UHGV virus genome: UHGV-0198624
Reading direction: 5' to 3' (one strand)
Length of the DNA stretch: 57,341 nucleotides
Origin: a virus
Shown here: positions 17,973 to 25,403 of the stretch, in pieces
Layout of the letters: the number at the start of each line of letters is the position of its first letter
Position numbering within the stretch: the stretch's first letter is position 1
Position numbers and translations under genes: made by a program
Notes under the pieces: model-generated
The model's database searches: none
What the model saw: the letters and a program-made list of their open reading frames with translations, nothing else
Told to the model about the DNA's origin: nothing

Positions 17973-18850
17973 TTTTCCTCCTCCGCGATTTCCTTTTCAG
18001 CGTCAATTCCGCTTATCTGCAAGAAAATTTCATTGTCCCAATTAGGTAAAGCGAACAGCTGCTTCCGCTCTGAAAGCTTCGCTTTGTTCCATGAAAGGCG
18101 GAATGCCTCTTTGTAGTCAAGAACTTTCAGGAATCCGCCGGAAAGTTCTATCTCCCTCTCATGTTCTTTTTTCTCTTCATCAGTTGCAGTGTCGTGGCTT
18201 ACCCATTGTGTCAAAGGAAAATAAAGCCAATCAGGAAAGTGGATATTTTCTATTTTTACATCCGTTTCCTTTCCAAAGATACGAATTAAAGGGGAATCAA
18301 CGTTAAAGTAGCCACTGTTCCAGTCTCCACTGTTCCAGTTTCCACTGTTGCGGTCTCCACTGTTGCGGTCTCCACTGTTCCAGTCTCCACTGTTCCAGTA
18401 GCCACTGTTCCAGTCTCCACTGTTCCAGTTTCCACTGTTGCGGTCTCCACTGTTGCAGTTTCCACTGTTGCGGTCTCCACTGTTCCAGTTTCCACTGTTC
18501 CAGTTTCCACTGTTCCAGTTTCCACTGTTGCGGTTTCCACTGTTGCGGTTTCCATATTTTTCTATCTCTTCCCTTGTTAACTCGCGAAGAAGCATGATCT
18601 TGTTCGTGCCAAATTTGCCATCGTCAGAGCTTACAACACTGCCTTCGGCGACAACCTCGCAAACCCTAGACTTTGACAACTTATAATCTGAGACACACTC
18701 AATTCTAGAGAACTCGCGGCAGAAATGGAAAACTGACTTTGTGCAGAGTTCCAGTTTTTCGTCCGCAATCCCGGTGTCATAGGTCTTTCCGACCTCAAAC
18801 TGGAAGCCTCTGCATTTCAGCTCCATGTCAAAAGCCTTGTAGCCTATCAT
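17969..18850 (-). CDS. Phage protein with 16 x (N/D/Y)(R/W/C)NSG pentapeptide repeats
   Basis: GYKAFD..LKCRGFQFEVGKTY N-domain, repeat block, LPNWD.EIF..ISGI C-terminus. Confidence 0.85.
   Translation of the reverse strand: MIGYKAFDMELKCRGFQFEVGKTYDTGIADEKLELCTKSVFHFCREFSRIECVSDYKLSKSRVCEVVAEGSVVSSDDGKFGTNKIMLLRELTREEIEKYGNRNSGNRNSGNWNSGNWNSGNWNSGDRNSGNCNSGDRNSGNWNSGDWNSGYWNSGDWNSGDRNSGDRNSGNWNSGDWNSGYFNVDSPLIRIFGKETDVKIENIHFPDWLYFPLTQWVSHDTATDEEKKEHEREIELSGGFLKVLDYKEAFRLSWNKAKLSERKQLFALPNWDNEIFLQISGIDAEKEIAEEEK
18311..18550. repeat. 15-bp coding tandem repeat, 16 units
   Basis: Unit TCCACTGTT(C/G)C(A/G)GT(T/C). Confidence 0.95.
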
Positions 18851-18852
18851 TC

Positions 18853-19278
18853 CTAGACTCCTGTGCTTCCGAAGCCGCTTGCGCCGCGCTCCGTGTCTGA
18901 AAGCTCGTCAACCTGAATAAGATTGACTTTCTCCGCCCTTCTTATGGCAAGCTGGCAGATTCTGTCTCCGTCAGCAATATCGAACGCTCCGTCCGTGTTG
19001 TTGATGACGCACGCCCTGACCTCGCCCCTGTACGAGCTGTCGATAGTGCCTATCGCGTTGTCTATGCCAGAGGCGGACAGCCCGCTTCTTGGTCTTATGA
19101 CCGCCTCCCAGCCGTCCGGAAGCTCAAGACAGAAGCCTAGGTTCACAAGACATCTTGAGTGCGCCGGAATGCAGATCCGGTCAGCGCCAAGCCTCGCGTG
19201 GCAGTCAAGGCACGCGTCCCCATTTCTCTTGTACTCCGGCATCATGCCGTTTCCTACAAGCTTGATTTTCACGTCCAT
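18853..19278 (-). CDS. dut: Trimeric dUTPase
   Basis: RPRSGL, GTIDSSYRGE, GDRICQ, ERGASGFGSTG. Confidence 0.95.
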   Translation of the reverse strand: MDVKIKLVGNGMMPEYKRNGDACLDCHARLGADRICIPAHSRCLVNLGFCLELPDGWEAVIRPRSGLSASGIDNAIGTIDSSYRGEVRACVINNTDGAFDIADGDRICQLAIRRAEKVNLIQVDELSDTERGASGFGSTGV

Positions 19279-19287
19279 ATTTTCCTC

Positions 19288-19593
19288 CTAGTCAAGTTTC
19301 TTGAAGAAACTGAAAACATCAACTTCAAGCGCATCCGCGATTCTTGTCAGGCTTCTCGGATAGGGGAAGTGAATTCCCCGCTCTATGTTGCAAATTGTCT
19401 GCGAGCCGATTTTGTCAGCCCTCATTCCGCAGAGTTCAGCAAGCCGAAGCTGCGTCATCCCCTTTTCAATTCTCGCCTTCCTGATGTTCTGCCCGACCGT
19501 GTAGCGGAGATCGTCAACCGTGTATCTTCTCAAAACACGATCTCCCTGCACACATACTCGATGCCGGACTTGCACAGATAGTCCTTTATGCAC
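19288..19593 (-). CDS. XRE-family HTH protein (start uncertain)
   Basis: IRKARIEKGMTQLRLAE...ICNIERG...L.RIADALEV. Confidence 0.8.
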   Translation of the reverse strand: MHKGLSVQVRHRVCVQGDRVLRRYTVDDLRYTVGQNIRKARIEKGMTQLRLAELCGMRADKIGSQTICNIERGIHFPYPRSLTRIADALEVDVFSFFKKLD

Positions 19594-20432
19594 ATCATCT
19601 GCGTCTGAGTTGTCCGCACCGTCAGCGCGAATGTCTTTGCCTCAGCCTTTGGAGGCAGCTCCGTTTCAGGCTTTGGCTCTTCGTCAAGGGCGGCGGACAC
19701 AAGCGCGGACATCCTGTTAACGGAAGCCTCGATTTTCTGCTCTTCCTGAAGCCCGCGCCGCTGCTCGTCAAGCTTCTGCTCGTGCTCGCGGATTTCCCTT
19801 TCAGCCGCCTCCTGAGCGACCTTCTTCCTGTTCTTCTCCAGCTCCTCGCCGTAGTCCAGGGTCTCGCCGATGTCCAGTGTGTCAAGATAGTGAGCCTTGA
19901 GCGTCTCGGCGTCAGAGCCGAACCGCTCTATCGTCTTCAAGTCCTTGTATGTCCGCTCTATGGCTTCGTCCATGCCACGCCGTACCTCGGACATCTTGCA
20001 GGTCTTGTTCAGCCATCTGGAATCGAAGATTTTTTCAAGGGCGAAAAGGTTGAAATTCCTGTTCTGCCACTCAAGCTCGATGTCCGCCAGCTTGGCGTCC
20101 TTTTCCTTCCGCTCCTTTTCCTTGACTATCCCATCAAGCGAAACGGCCGCGGATTTCATTTTTGCCTCAAGAACCTTGCACCGCTCCTCGAAGTCCGCAA
20201 AAGGCTTCATCAGCTCTTTCATTATCGCGATTCTTTTCTGCGACAAAGCCTTGATTCCGCTGTTGATTTCCGCCCTGTCTTTCCTCGCGCTGTCGGCGTC
20301 CCCGGCGTACAGCTCAGGCTTATACTCTTCCAGCTTGGCGTCAACGTACCGCTCAAGCTGCCCTATATTCGTCTCAAGGCTTCCTGCGACTGTCTTTGTC
20401 GCAACAAGCTCAAGTGAGTTTATCTCTGCCAT
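19530..20432 (-). CDS. DUF1351-like (Gam-like) coiled-coil protein
   Basis: A.KDRA.IN......R.......KPF.DFE pattern; adjacent to Bet. Confidence 0.75.
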   Translation of the reverse strand: MAEINSLELVATKTVAGSLETNIGQLERYVDAKLEEYKPELYAGDADSARKDRAEINSGIKALSQKRIAIMKELMKPFADFEERCKVLEAKMKSAAVSLDGIVKEKERKEKDAKLADIELEWQNRNFNLFALEKIFDSRWLNKTCKMSEVRRGMDEAIERTYKDLKTIERFGSDAETLKAHYLDTLDIGETLDYGEELEKNRKKVAQEAAEREIREHEQKLDEQRRGLQEEQKIEASVNRMSALVSAALDEEPKPETELPPKAEAKTFALTVRTTQTQMMCIKDYLCKSGIEYVCREIVF

Positions 20433-21205
20433 CAGTCTGCCCCCTTCCACACGTTGCCAGCTTTAAGATAGGCGATGCACCTGTCAACCATGGCGGCTAT
20501 CTTCGCCTCGTCCCCGGACGCAAGCGCCTCGTTCGCAAGCTCAAGGGGCTTGCCGGTGATGAACTTGCTATATTCCGACAGAATGCCGTCAAGCCTCATT
20601 GCGGATTCGCCAGGCTGTCCGTCTCCTGGAGCTTCCTGCGGTCTTTGCGCTGTCGGCTCCGCGGAAGCCAGATAGTCATGGTATTCGGACTGCGGAGTTA
20701 CATTGACTTCCGGCAGCTCGTCCGATGTGTAAGGCATTCCGCCAAGCTCGTCAGGGAAGCAGAGACGGAATCCTTGCGCGATGCAGACCTTGCGGAGCAT
20801 GAACGACCCCATCTTAGCCCACATCGAGTTAACAGAACCGTCCTTAGTCCGCTGGACAGCCTCCTTGTAGAGGACGAAATGATGGAACGGATGCTGCCAG
20901 TCCTTCCTGTAGATTGTCAGCTTGGCGACCATGCCGTCCCCGCTTCCCTCCACGGCGCAGTCCCATCCGTCCAGCTTTCCGGTGCGCTCCGCCCTCTTGA
21001 TGTAGACCTCGTAGCCGGTGATTATGTTCCACCGCTCGCCGTAGCCCACGGCGTAGCACTCCCGCTTGAACGGATTGAGCTGGTACGCCTTGCACAGCTC
21101 TATGAACTGCGCCGCATACTTCTGGGGAAGATTCATCCCCATGCTGTGCAGGTACTCAACCGCCACAGCCTTGCTGTCTGTCTCGACAGCCTTGATTTCA
21201 TTCAT
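20432..21205 (-). CDS. bet: Bet/RecT-family ssDNA annealing protein
   Basis: FIELCK...LNPFKRE.Y; W.KM...ML.KV...Q..R..FP..LGG.PY..DE. Confidence 0.88.
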   Translation of the reverse strand: MNEIKAVETDSKAVAVEYLHSMGMNLPQKYAAQFIELCKAYQLNPFKRECYAVGYGERWNIITGYEVYIKRAERTGKLDGWDCAVEGSGDGMVAKLTIYRKDWQHPFHHFVLYKEAVQRTKDGSVNSMWAKMGSFMLRKVCIAQGFRLCFPDELGGMPYTSDELPEVNVTPQSEYHDYLASAEPTAQRPQEAPGDGQPGESAMRLDGILSEYSKFITGKPLELANEALASGDEAKIAAMVDRCIAYLKAGNVWKGAD

Positions 21206-21234
21206 TTTTTCCTCCTGATATGTTGTGCTTCCCT

Positions 21235-21254
21235 TAATTCAGATGTACGAATTA
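21235..21254. promoter_or_regulatory. 20-bp palindromic site, copy 1 (TAATTCAGATGTACGAATTA)
   Basis: Matches copies at 45831 and 55156. Confidence 0.65.
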
Positions 21255-21596
21255 AACCTCCCGGAACTCATATTCCGGGAACTTCACCTGCACAAGCTGC
21301 TTTTTCAGCGTGTACACAGGATTTTTTTTCGTAATCAAGGACTTCACGTCCTCAATTACCTTTTTTCCGTCCTCGGCATAAACGAAGTCTGCCACATAGT
21401 ATCTTGCACGGCTTCCTTTCAGACCGGCAACTTTCGGGCATACCTCAAACCGCACCTGTCGCTCAAGACCGCTGATTCTTCCAGCTCTCTCAAGCATGGC
21501 AAGCTCTGCATACCGCGCCGCCTCCTTCTTGGAATCGAACTTAATCCCAGAAAAGACGCACTTAATGTTGCGGTACTTGCTCGCCATAGCCGTCAT
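21252..21596 (-). CDS. DUF1064-family PD-(D/E)xK nuclease
   Basis: SKY.N......GIKFDSKKEA.RY; Y.ADFVY; IEDVK. Confidence 0.85.
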   Translation of the reverse strand: MTAMASKYRNIKCVFSGIKFDSKKEAARYAELAMLERAGRISGLERQVRFEVCPKVAGLKGSRARYYVADFVYAEDGKKVIEDVKSLITKKNPVYTLKKQLVQVKFPEYEFREV

Positions 21597-21855
21597 CCCA
21601 GTTTTTTATCTCCTCAAGGGAGACAAATTTTTTAGCCCCGAAGTGCCGAACCTTGCGGAGCCGTCCGCTGTCTATGTAGCGGTATATTGTCGGAGCGGAA
21701 ACCCCGGCAAGCCTAGCCGCCTCCGCCACCGACACCCAGTCCTTCTCCTTGCCGATGTTCTTTATCTGGTCAAGGATCTTCATCTGCCGGGCTTGGGAGG
21801 CTCTTATTTTTTCAGCCTCCCTTTCAACCTCAGCTATCAGATTTTCCAACGGCAT
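21562..21855 (-). CDS. Excisionase-like HTH protein
   Basis: WVSVAEAARLAGVSAPTIYRYIDSGRL. Confidence 0.75.
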   Translation of the reverse strand: MPLENLIAEVEREAEKIRASQARQMKILDQIKNIGKEKDWVSVAEAARLAGVSAPTIYRYIDSGRLRKVRHFGAKKFVSLEEIKNWDDGYGEQVPQH

Positions 21856-21954
21856 CCTGCGCCTCCTTTTTGAAAAAGGACATGAAGAAACGCAGCTCCT
21901 CATTCGTCAGGAAAAGCCGGAGGCTTTCCTCCAGCGGCTTCTGCATTTTCTCAT

Positions 21955-22131
21955 TCATGCCCACACTCCTTGCCGGCATTCGCTCAGCGTCATTCCGTCA
22001 AGCTCCGCCTGCTTGCGCTCAGCCATGTCATGCCAGATTTCCGCCTCGGAAATTTTTCCGGCTTTAAAGGCGGAAATCGCCTGTGTATTGCAGAAATCAA
22101 TCTGCTTTATGGCTCGGCTGCACCTTGTCAT
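21955..22131 (-). CDS. Small first gene of the leftward early operon
   Basis: GGAGG RBS; downstream of the leftward promoter. Confidence 0.55.
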   Translation of the reverse strand: MTRCSRAIKQIDFCNTQAISAFKAGKISEAEIWHDMAERKQAELDGMTLSECRQGVWA

Positions 22132-22251
22132 TTTTTTCTCCTCCAAAAAAAAAAGCTCCAGAAGTCCACACAATCTTCTGGAGCAGCCTTGTTTCCAAAG
22201 CGACCGCAAAAGCAGTCAAGTCCTGTGTGGGCAACTTCACTGCTCTTTTTT

Positions 22252-22353
22252 ATAAAGTTTCATTTTTGAAACTTTATTTATATTTTACACTTTTTTACAA
22301 CTTTGTCAATAAAAAAGTTAAAGTTGAAACTTTTTCAGCACGACAATAAAGCC
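22252..22353. promoter_or_regulatory. Switch 1: leftward promoter TTGACA-16-TAAAAT with AAAGTT/AACTTT operators
   Basis: Perfect IR ATAAAGTTTCA-N4-TGAAACTTTAT at 22252-22277; second IR at 22312-22335; -35 at 22304-22309 (minus). Confidence 0.75.
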
Positions 22354-22650
22354 ATGGATGAAAAAGTCTCCGACTTCTGGACACGCACAAACAGCCTCAT
22401 TAAGCTGCGGAAATCTAAGCAGGAAAGTATCGCGCTAGAATGCGGAATTCCTTACCAGACTTTCCGGGGCTGGGTTGCAAGGCGGGTCTATCCCGATGCC
22501 TTGGAAGCCGTCAGAATCGCCTCTGTCCTTGGAACTTCTGTTGAGTTTCTTGTAACAGGTCAAGAAAGCGATCCGGCAACAAAGAAATCCGATGAACTCA
22601 AGGAAAAAATCATCAAGGAAAAAATCATTGAGTTTGTCAGAAATCTTTAG
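22354..22650 (+). CDS. XRE repressor 1
   Basis: QESIALECGIPYQTFRGW...PDALEAVRIASVLGTSVEFLVTG. Confidence 0.88.
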   Translation: MDEKVSDFWTRTNSLIKLRKSKQESIALECGIPYQTFRGWVARRVYPDALEAVRIASVLGTSVEFLVTGQESDPATKKSDELKEKIIKEKIIEFVRNL

Positions 22651-22751
22651 CAATTGGCAGTTTTACCAATTGTGTTTTTAATTTTAAGTATTTTTACCAA
22701 TTTGTCAATACAAAAATTGGTAAAATCACCTTTTTTATGATAAAATCAATT
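22651..22751. promoter_or_regulatory. Switch 2: leftward promoter TTGACA-16-TAAAAT, three TTGGTA-N4-TACCAA-like operators, rightward extended -10
   Basis: TTGGCAGTTTTACCAA, TAAGTATTTTTACCAA, TTGGTAAAATCACCTT; -35 at 22703-22708 (minus). Confidence 0.75.
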
Positions 22752-23027
22752 ATGGACTTCTACGAAAGAGTTAAAAAACTCGTAAAAGACAAAACCGATT
22801 TGACCCTAAGAGCGTTCATTGAGTCGCTGGGGATCAACTATGATTCCTACAACGGACTGAAACGCTACAGCAACCTGCCACGCGCAGACGAGGCGGTTAA
22901 AATCGCCGATGCCTTGGGAACGTCAGTCGAGCACCTCGTTACCGGCAGGGAACAGAACAAGGCGGCTCAGGAGCTGCAAGACCTCAAGCAGGGGCTGTTC
23001 AAACTGTTGCAAATCACTTCTGATTAG
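22752..23027 (+). CDS. XRE repressor 2
   Basis: LPRADEAVKIADALGTSVEHLVTG. Confidence 0.88.
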   Translation: MDFYERVKKLVKDKTDLTLRAFIESLGINYDSYNGLKRYSNLPRADEAVKIADALGTSVEHLVTGREQNKAAQELQDLKQGLFKLLQITSD

Positions 23028-23094
23028 CAACAGTTCATTTTTATAAATCAATATTGACATTGTCAATATTTTTATGTCAGTTTTGATATTTGCC
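23028..23094. promoter_or_regulatory. Switch 3: ATGTCA-N4-TGACAT-like operators around a leftward TTGACA
   Basis: Palindrome AATATTGACA-T-TGTCAATATT; AAATCAATATTGACAT and ATGTCAGTTTTGATAT; -10 weak. Confidence 0.6.
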
Positions 23095-23370
23095 ATGAAT
23101 ATTTTCTTAGAAAACCTAAAAAAAGAACTTCACAACAAAAAACTCACACAAAAGGAGCTTGCGGAAAAAACAGGAATTTCCGTGAACACCATTAGAGGCT
23201 GGTTCTCAAAAGACCTAACTCCAGATGTTTTCAGCGCGGTAAAAATAGCGTCTGTTCTGGACACCACGGCAGAATTCCTAGCCACCGGAAAAAATTCCGA
23301 CACAAATGATTCCGCAAAAAAAGAGCTATCCGCGCTCAAAGCCAAGCTCCTGGAACTTGCCACCTCCTAA
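23095..23370 (+). CDS. XRE repressor 3
   Basis: LTQKELAEKTGISVNTIRGW...PDVFSAVKIASVLDTTAEFLATG. Confidence 0.88.
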   Translation: MNIFLENLKKELHNKKLTQKELAEKTGISVNTIRGWFSKDLTPDVFSAVKIASVLDTTAEFLATGKNSDTNDSAKKELSALKAKLLELATS

Positions 23371-24063
23371 TGCAAGGGCTAGCTTCGCCCTGCCTTTCGC
23401 CGTAATCAGCGACTGCTGAAAAACCTTTCCGTGGCTCTCGCACTCCCTGATAGCCATCAGCTTTCTGCGCACAGCCTCGGCAGTGGCGACAATCTCGCCG
23501 TGCTTTCCGCGGAAGCACTATCCATGTCCAATAAGCCACACAACAAGAACTTTCACCTTGACGTTAAGCTCCTTGGCGGTCTCCCGTATATTCACAAGCC
23601 CGGAGCGGTCTATCAGCCGGTTGTACACCTCCACTTTCGGGGCTTGCTCTTTAATCTGAGCCGTCAGCTGGGCAATTCTCATGTTCTGATACTCGCTCAG
23701 CTTTTTCTGGACGGCAAGCATCTCAAGGTCGTTGGAGATTGTCAGCGAGTTGAAGCCGTTCCTGGAAACCTTGGAGCGGTTCTGCAGCTCAATCTTTATC
23801 GCGGTCGCCTGAGCCATGTCAAAAACCTGCGACTTTCCGCCGTTAACCACCTTCCAAATTGATTTGGAGGGGTCAATCAGCTTTCTTGCGGCAGTTCTTA
23901 CGGTCTCAACAGAAACTCCAAGAGATTCCGCAAGCTCTTTTGTTGTCATAAGGCGCGCTCCGCTCCTTGCGTCCGCAAGCGTCTTTCTTGTTATGAAAAG
24001 GTCGCAGACCCTGTCATAGTTCACGTTGTCGCTAAGCTCCAAGCCCTCAATTCCGCTTTCCAT
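23326..24063 (-). pseudogene. ant: Antirepressor (HTH plus KilAC/ANT domain) interrupted by an in-frame TAG at 23518-23520
   Basis: QAPKV...RETAKEL...WLIGHG*CFRGKHGEIVAT...QSLITAKG; the domain continues in frame after the stop. Confidence 0.8.
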
Positions 24064-24073
24064 GCTAACCTCC

Positions 24074-24121
24074 AAAAAAAAATAAAAAAGCCCCTAGGCT
24101 GTCATGCTATCCCAGGGGCTT
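24074..24121 (-). terminator. Intrinsic terminator/attenuator in the ant leader
   Basis: AAGCCCCT...AGGGGCTT stem followed by a long U-run on minus. Confidence 0.65.
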
Positions 24122-24179
24122 CCGTCCGAAGACCGGCTGCCAAAGCAACCAAGCAAAGCATGACTTTTCGCTTCGTTGC

Positions 24180-24294
24180 TCTGATTTTATTATCAGCATT
24201 TGCTGAATCTAAAAAAAAAGATAATCGCAAAAACTGAATCTGTCAACTAATTTTTCAGCAAATTTTGACGAAATTTTAATCAGGAACGCAAAAA
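24180..24294. promoter_or_regulatory. Switch 4: leftward promoter TTGACA-17-TATCTT with TCAGCA-N2-TGCTGA-like operators
   Basis: TCAGCATTTGCTGA at 24193-24206; TCAGCAAATTTTGA at 24255-24268; -35 at 24241-24246 (minus). Confidence 0.7.
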
Positions 24295-24636
24295 ATGAGT
24301 GAATTTTCAGACAGACTTAACAAAAAAATCAAAGAATCCGGGCTGAAAAGAACCGCATTCGCCGATGAGGTCGGAATCAAAAACCAGTCGATAACAGACT
24401 GGGAAAAAAGAGGCACAATCCCTGCCGGCGATGTCTGCCTCCGCATAGCTGATTTTCTTGACGTGCCGGTTGAATGGCTTATATCAGGAAAGACCGAAGG
24501 CGGCATAAGCGATGAGGAGCTGGAGCTTGTCCGCAAGTTCAGGAGGCTGAAACCGGGCAACAAAAACGCAGTGTCGGTCTTCATCAGCGCGCTTTATGCT
24601 CAGGACAGGGCGGAAAGCGCGAATATAACAGCATAG
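24295..24636 (+). CDS. XRE repressor 4 with C-terminal helical domain
   Basis: FADEVGIKNQSITDWEKRGTIP...IADFLDVPVEWLISG; EELELVRKFRRL. Confidence 0.9.
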   Translation: MSEFSDRLNKKIKESGLKRTAFADEVGIKNQSITDWEKRGTIPAGDVCLRIADFLDVPVEWLISGKTEGGISDEELELVRKFRRLKPGNKNAVSVFISALYAQDRAESANITA

Positions 24637-24838
24637 GCTGAAAACCCTAAGAAACCGGTTGTGATTTAATCCAACGCTTTTTAGTATAATTTTACGTTCA
24701 GAGGCTAAAAAGTCGCTCACAAGCCGTTCTCGCGCGTCTGAAAGGCATTTTTAGGGGCAGGTGAAGTTTTTATCTTGAAAATCAGTTTTTTAATAAATTT
24801 TTAATAAAAAAAAATAACAAGAAAAGCAGGAGAGAGGA

Positions 24839-25114
24839 TTGGCAAAAAGGCACATCGCATTGTTTTTAGTTCTTTTAGCTTCCGGGGCGTTCGCCCAAAG
24901 CAGAATCCAGACAAGAAATTTAAAGCCGCAGGCGGTCAAGGTCTGCCCATGCGGAAGGCACAGCAGCGAAACCGACAGGCTGGTAGCCAAGCTGAACGCG
25001 CTAAGCCCAATGAGCAGGAACGCCGCAATAACGCTTATCGAATCGCTTTACAAGCAGGAGCAGGAAAAACAGAAAAAGCGTCTTAAAGTTTTCCACAAGG
25101 AGAATGAAATCTAG
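24839..25114 (+). CDS. Small protein with predicted signal peptide
   Basis: MAKRHIALFLVLLASGAFA-Q; GGAGAGG RBS, TTG start. Confidence 0.6.
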   Translation: MAKRHIALFLVLLASGAFAQSRIQTRNLKPQAVKVCPCGRHSSETDRLVAKLNALSPMSRNAAITLIESLYKQEQEKQKKRLKVFHKENEI

Positions 25115-25308
25115 CCTGTGGAAAAACCGCGCGTCAAAACTCGTTTTTGACGCTATATATAATATACTTAACTAACCTTATCTATACTAATCTTTACTGG
25201 GTAGACCCACTCTCGGTATACCAAGAACAAATATATAGTTATTACTATAAAAATAACTGTTTTAATAAATAGACATATTCATATTATTTATATTCAGCTT
25301 GTGGAAAA
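25089..25308. other. Putative stand-alone replication origin
   Basis: Three DnaA-box-like TTTTCCACA (25089, 25117, 25300), a hairpin at 25131-25153, a 5-bp periodic tract at 25164-25197 and an AT-rich stretch. Confidence 0.45.
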
Positions 25309-25339
25309 CTTTTTCTTGACCCATGGTTTTCTGGTAAAT

Positions 25340-25368
25340 TTGACAAAAGAAATGAACTGCTTTATTAT
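25340..25368 (+). promoter_or_regulatory. Sigma70 promoter for the membrane-protein gene
   Basis: TTGACA-17-TATTAT. Confidence 0.75.
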
Positions 25369-25403
25369 CAGAAAATACATTTTTCAAGGAGCGGAAAAAG
25401 AAA

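Noticed and set aside
18311..18550. Possible CRISPR array, or the ETATV/ETGTV ORF at 18286-18555
   Set aside because: Contiguous 15-bp units with no spacers; they are the coding repeat of 17969-18850, and the alternative ORFs are frame shadows
19782..21334. Long plus-strand ORFs (19782-20417, 20396-21334), likewise 38693-39604 and 44578-45114
   Set aside because: Antisense shadows of well-supported minus-strand genes
23518..23520. Genome-wide TAG recoding
   Set aside because: Many genes (ssb, dut, capsid, fibre) end at TAG exactly where their families end; only ant is interrupted, and no suppressor tRNA was seen
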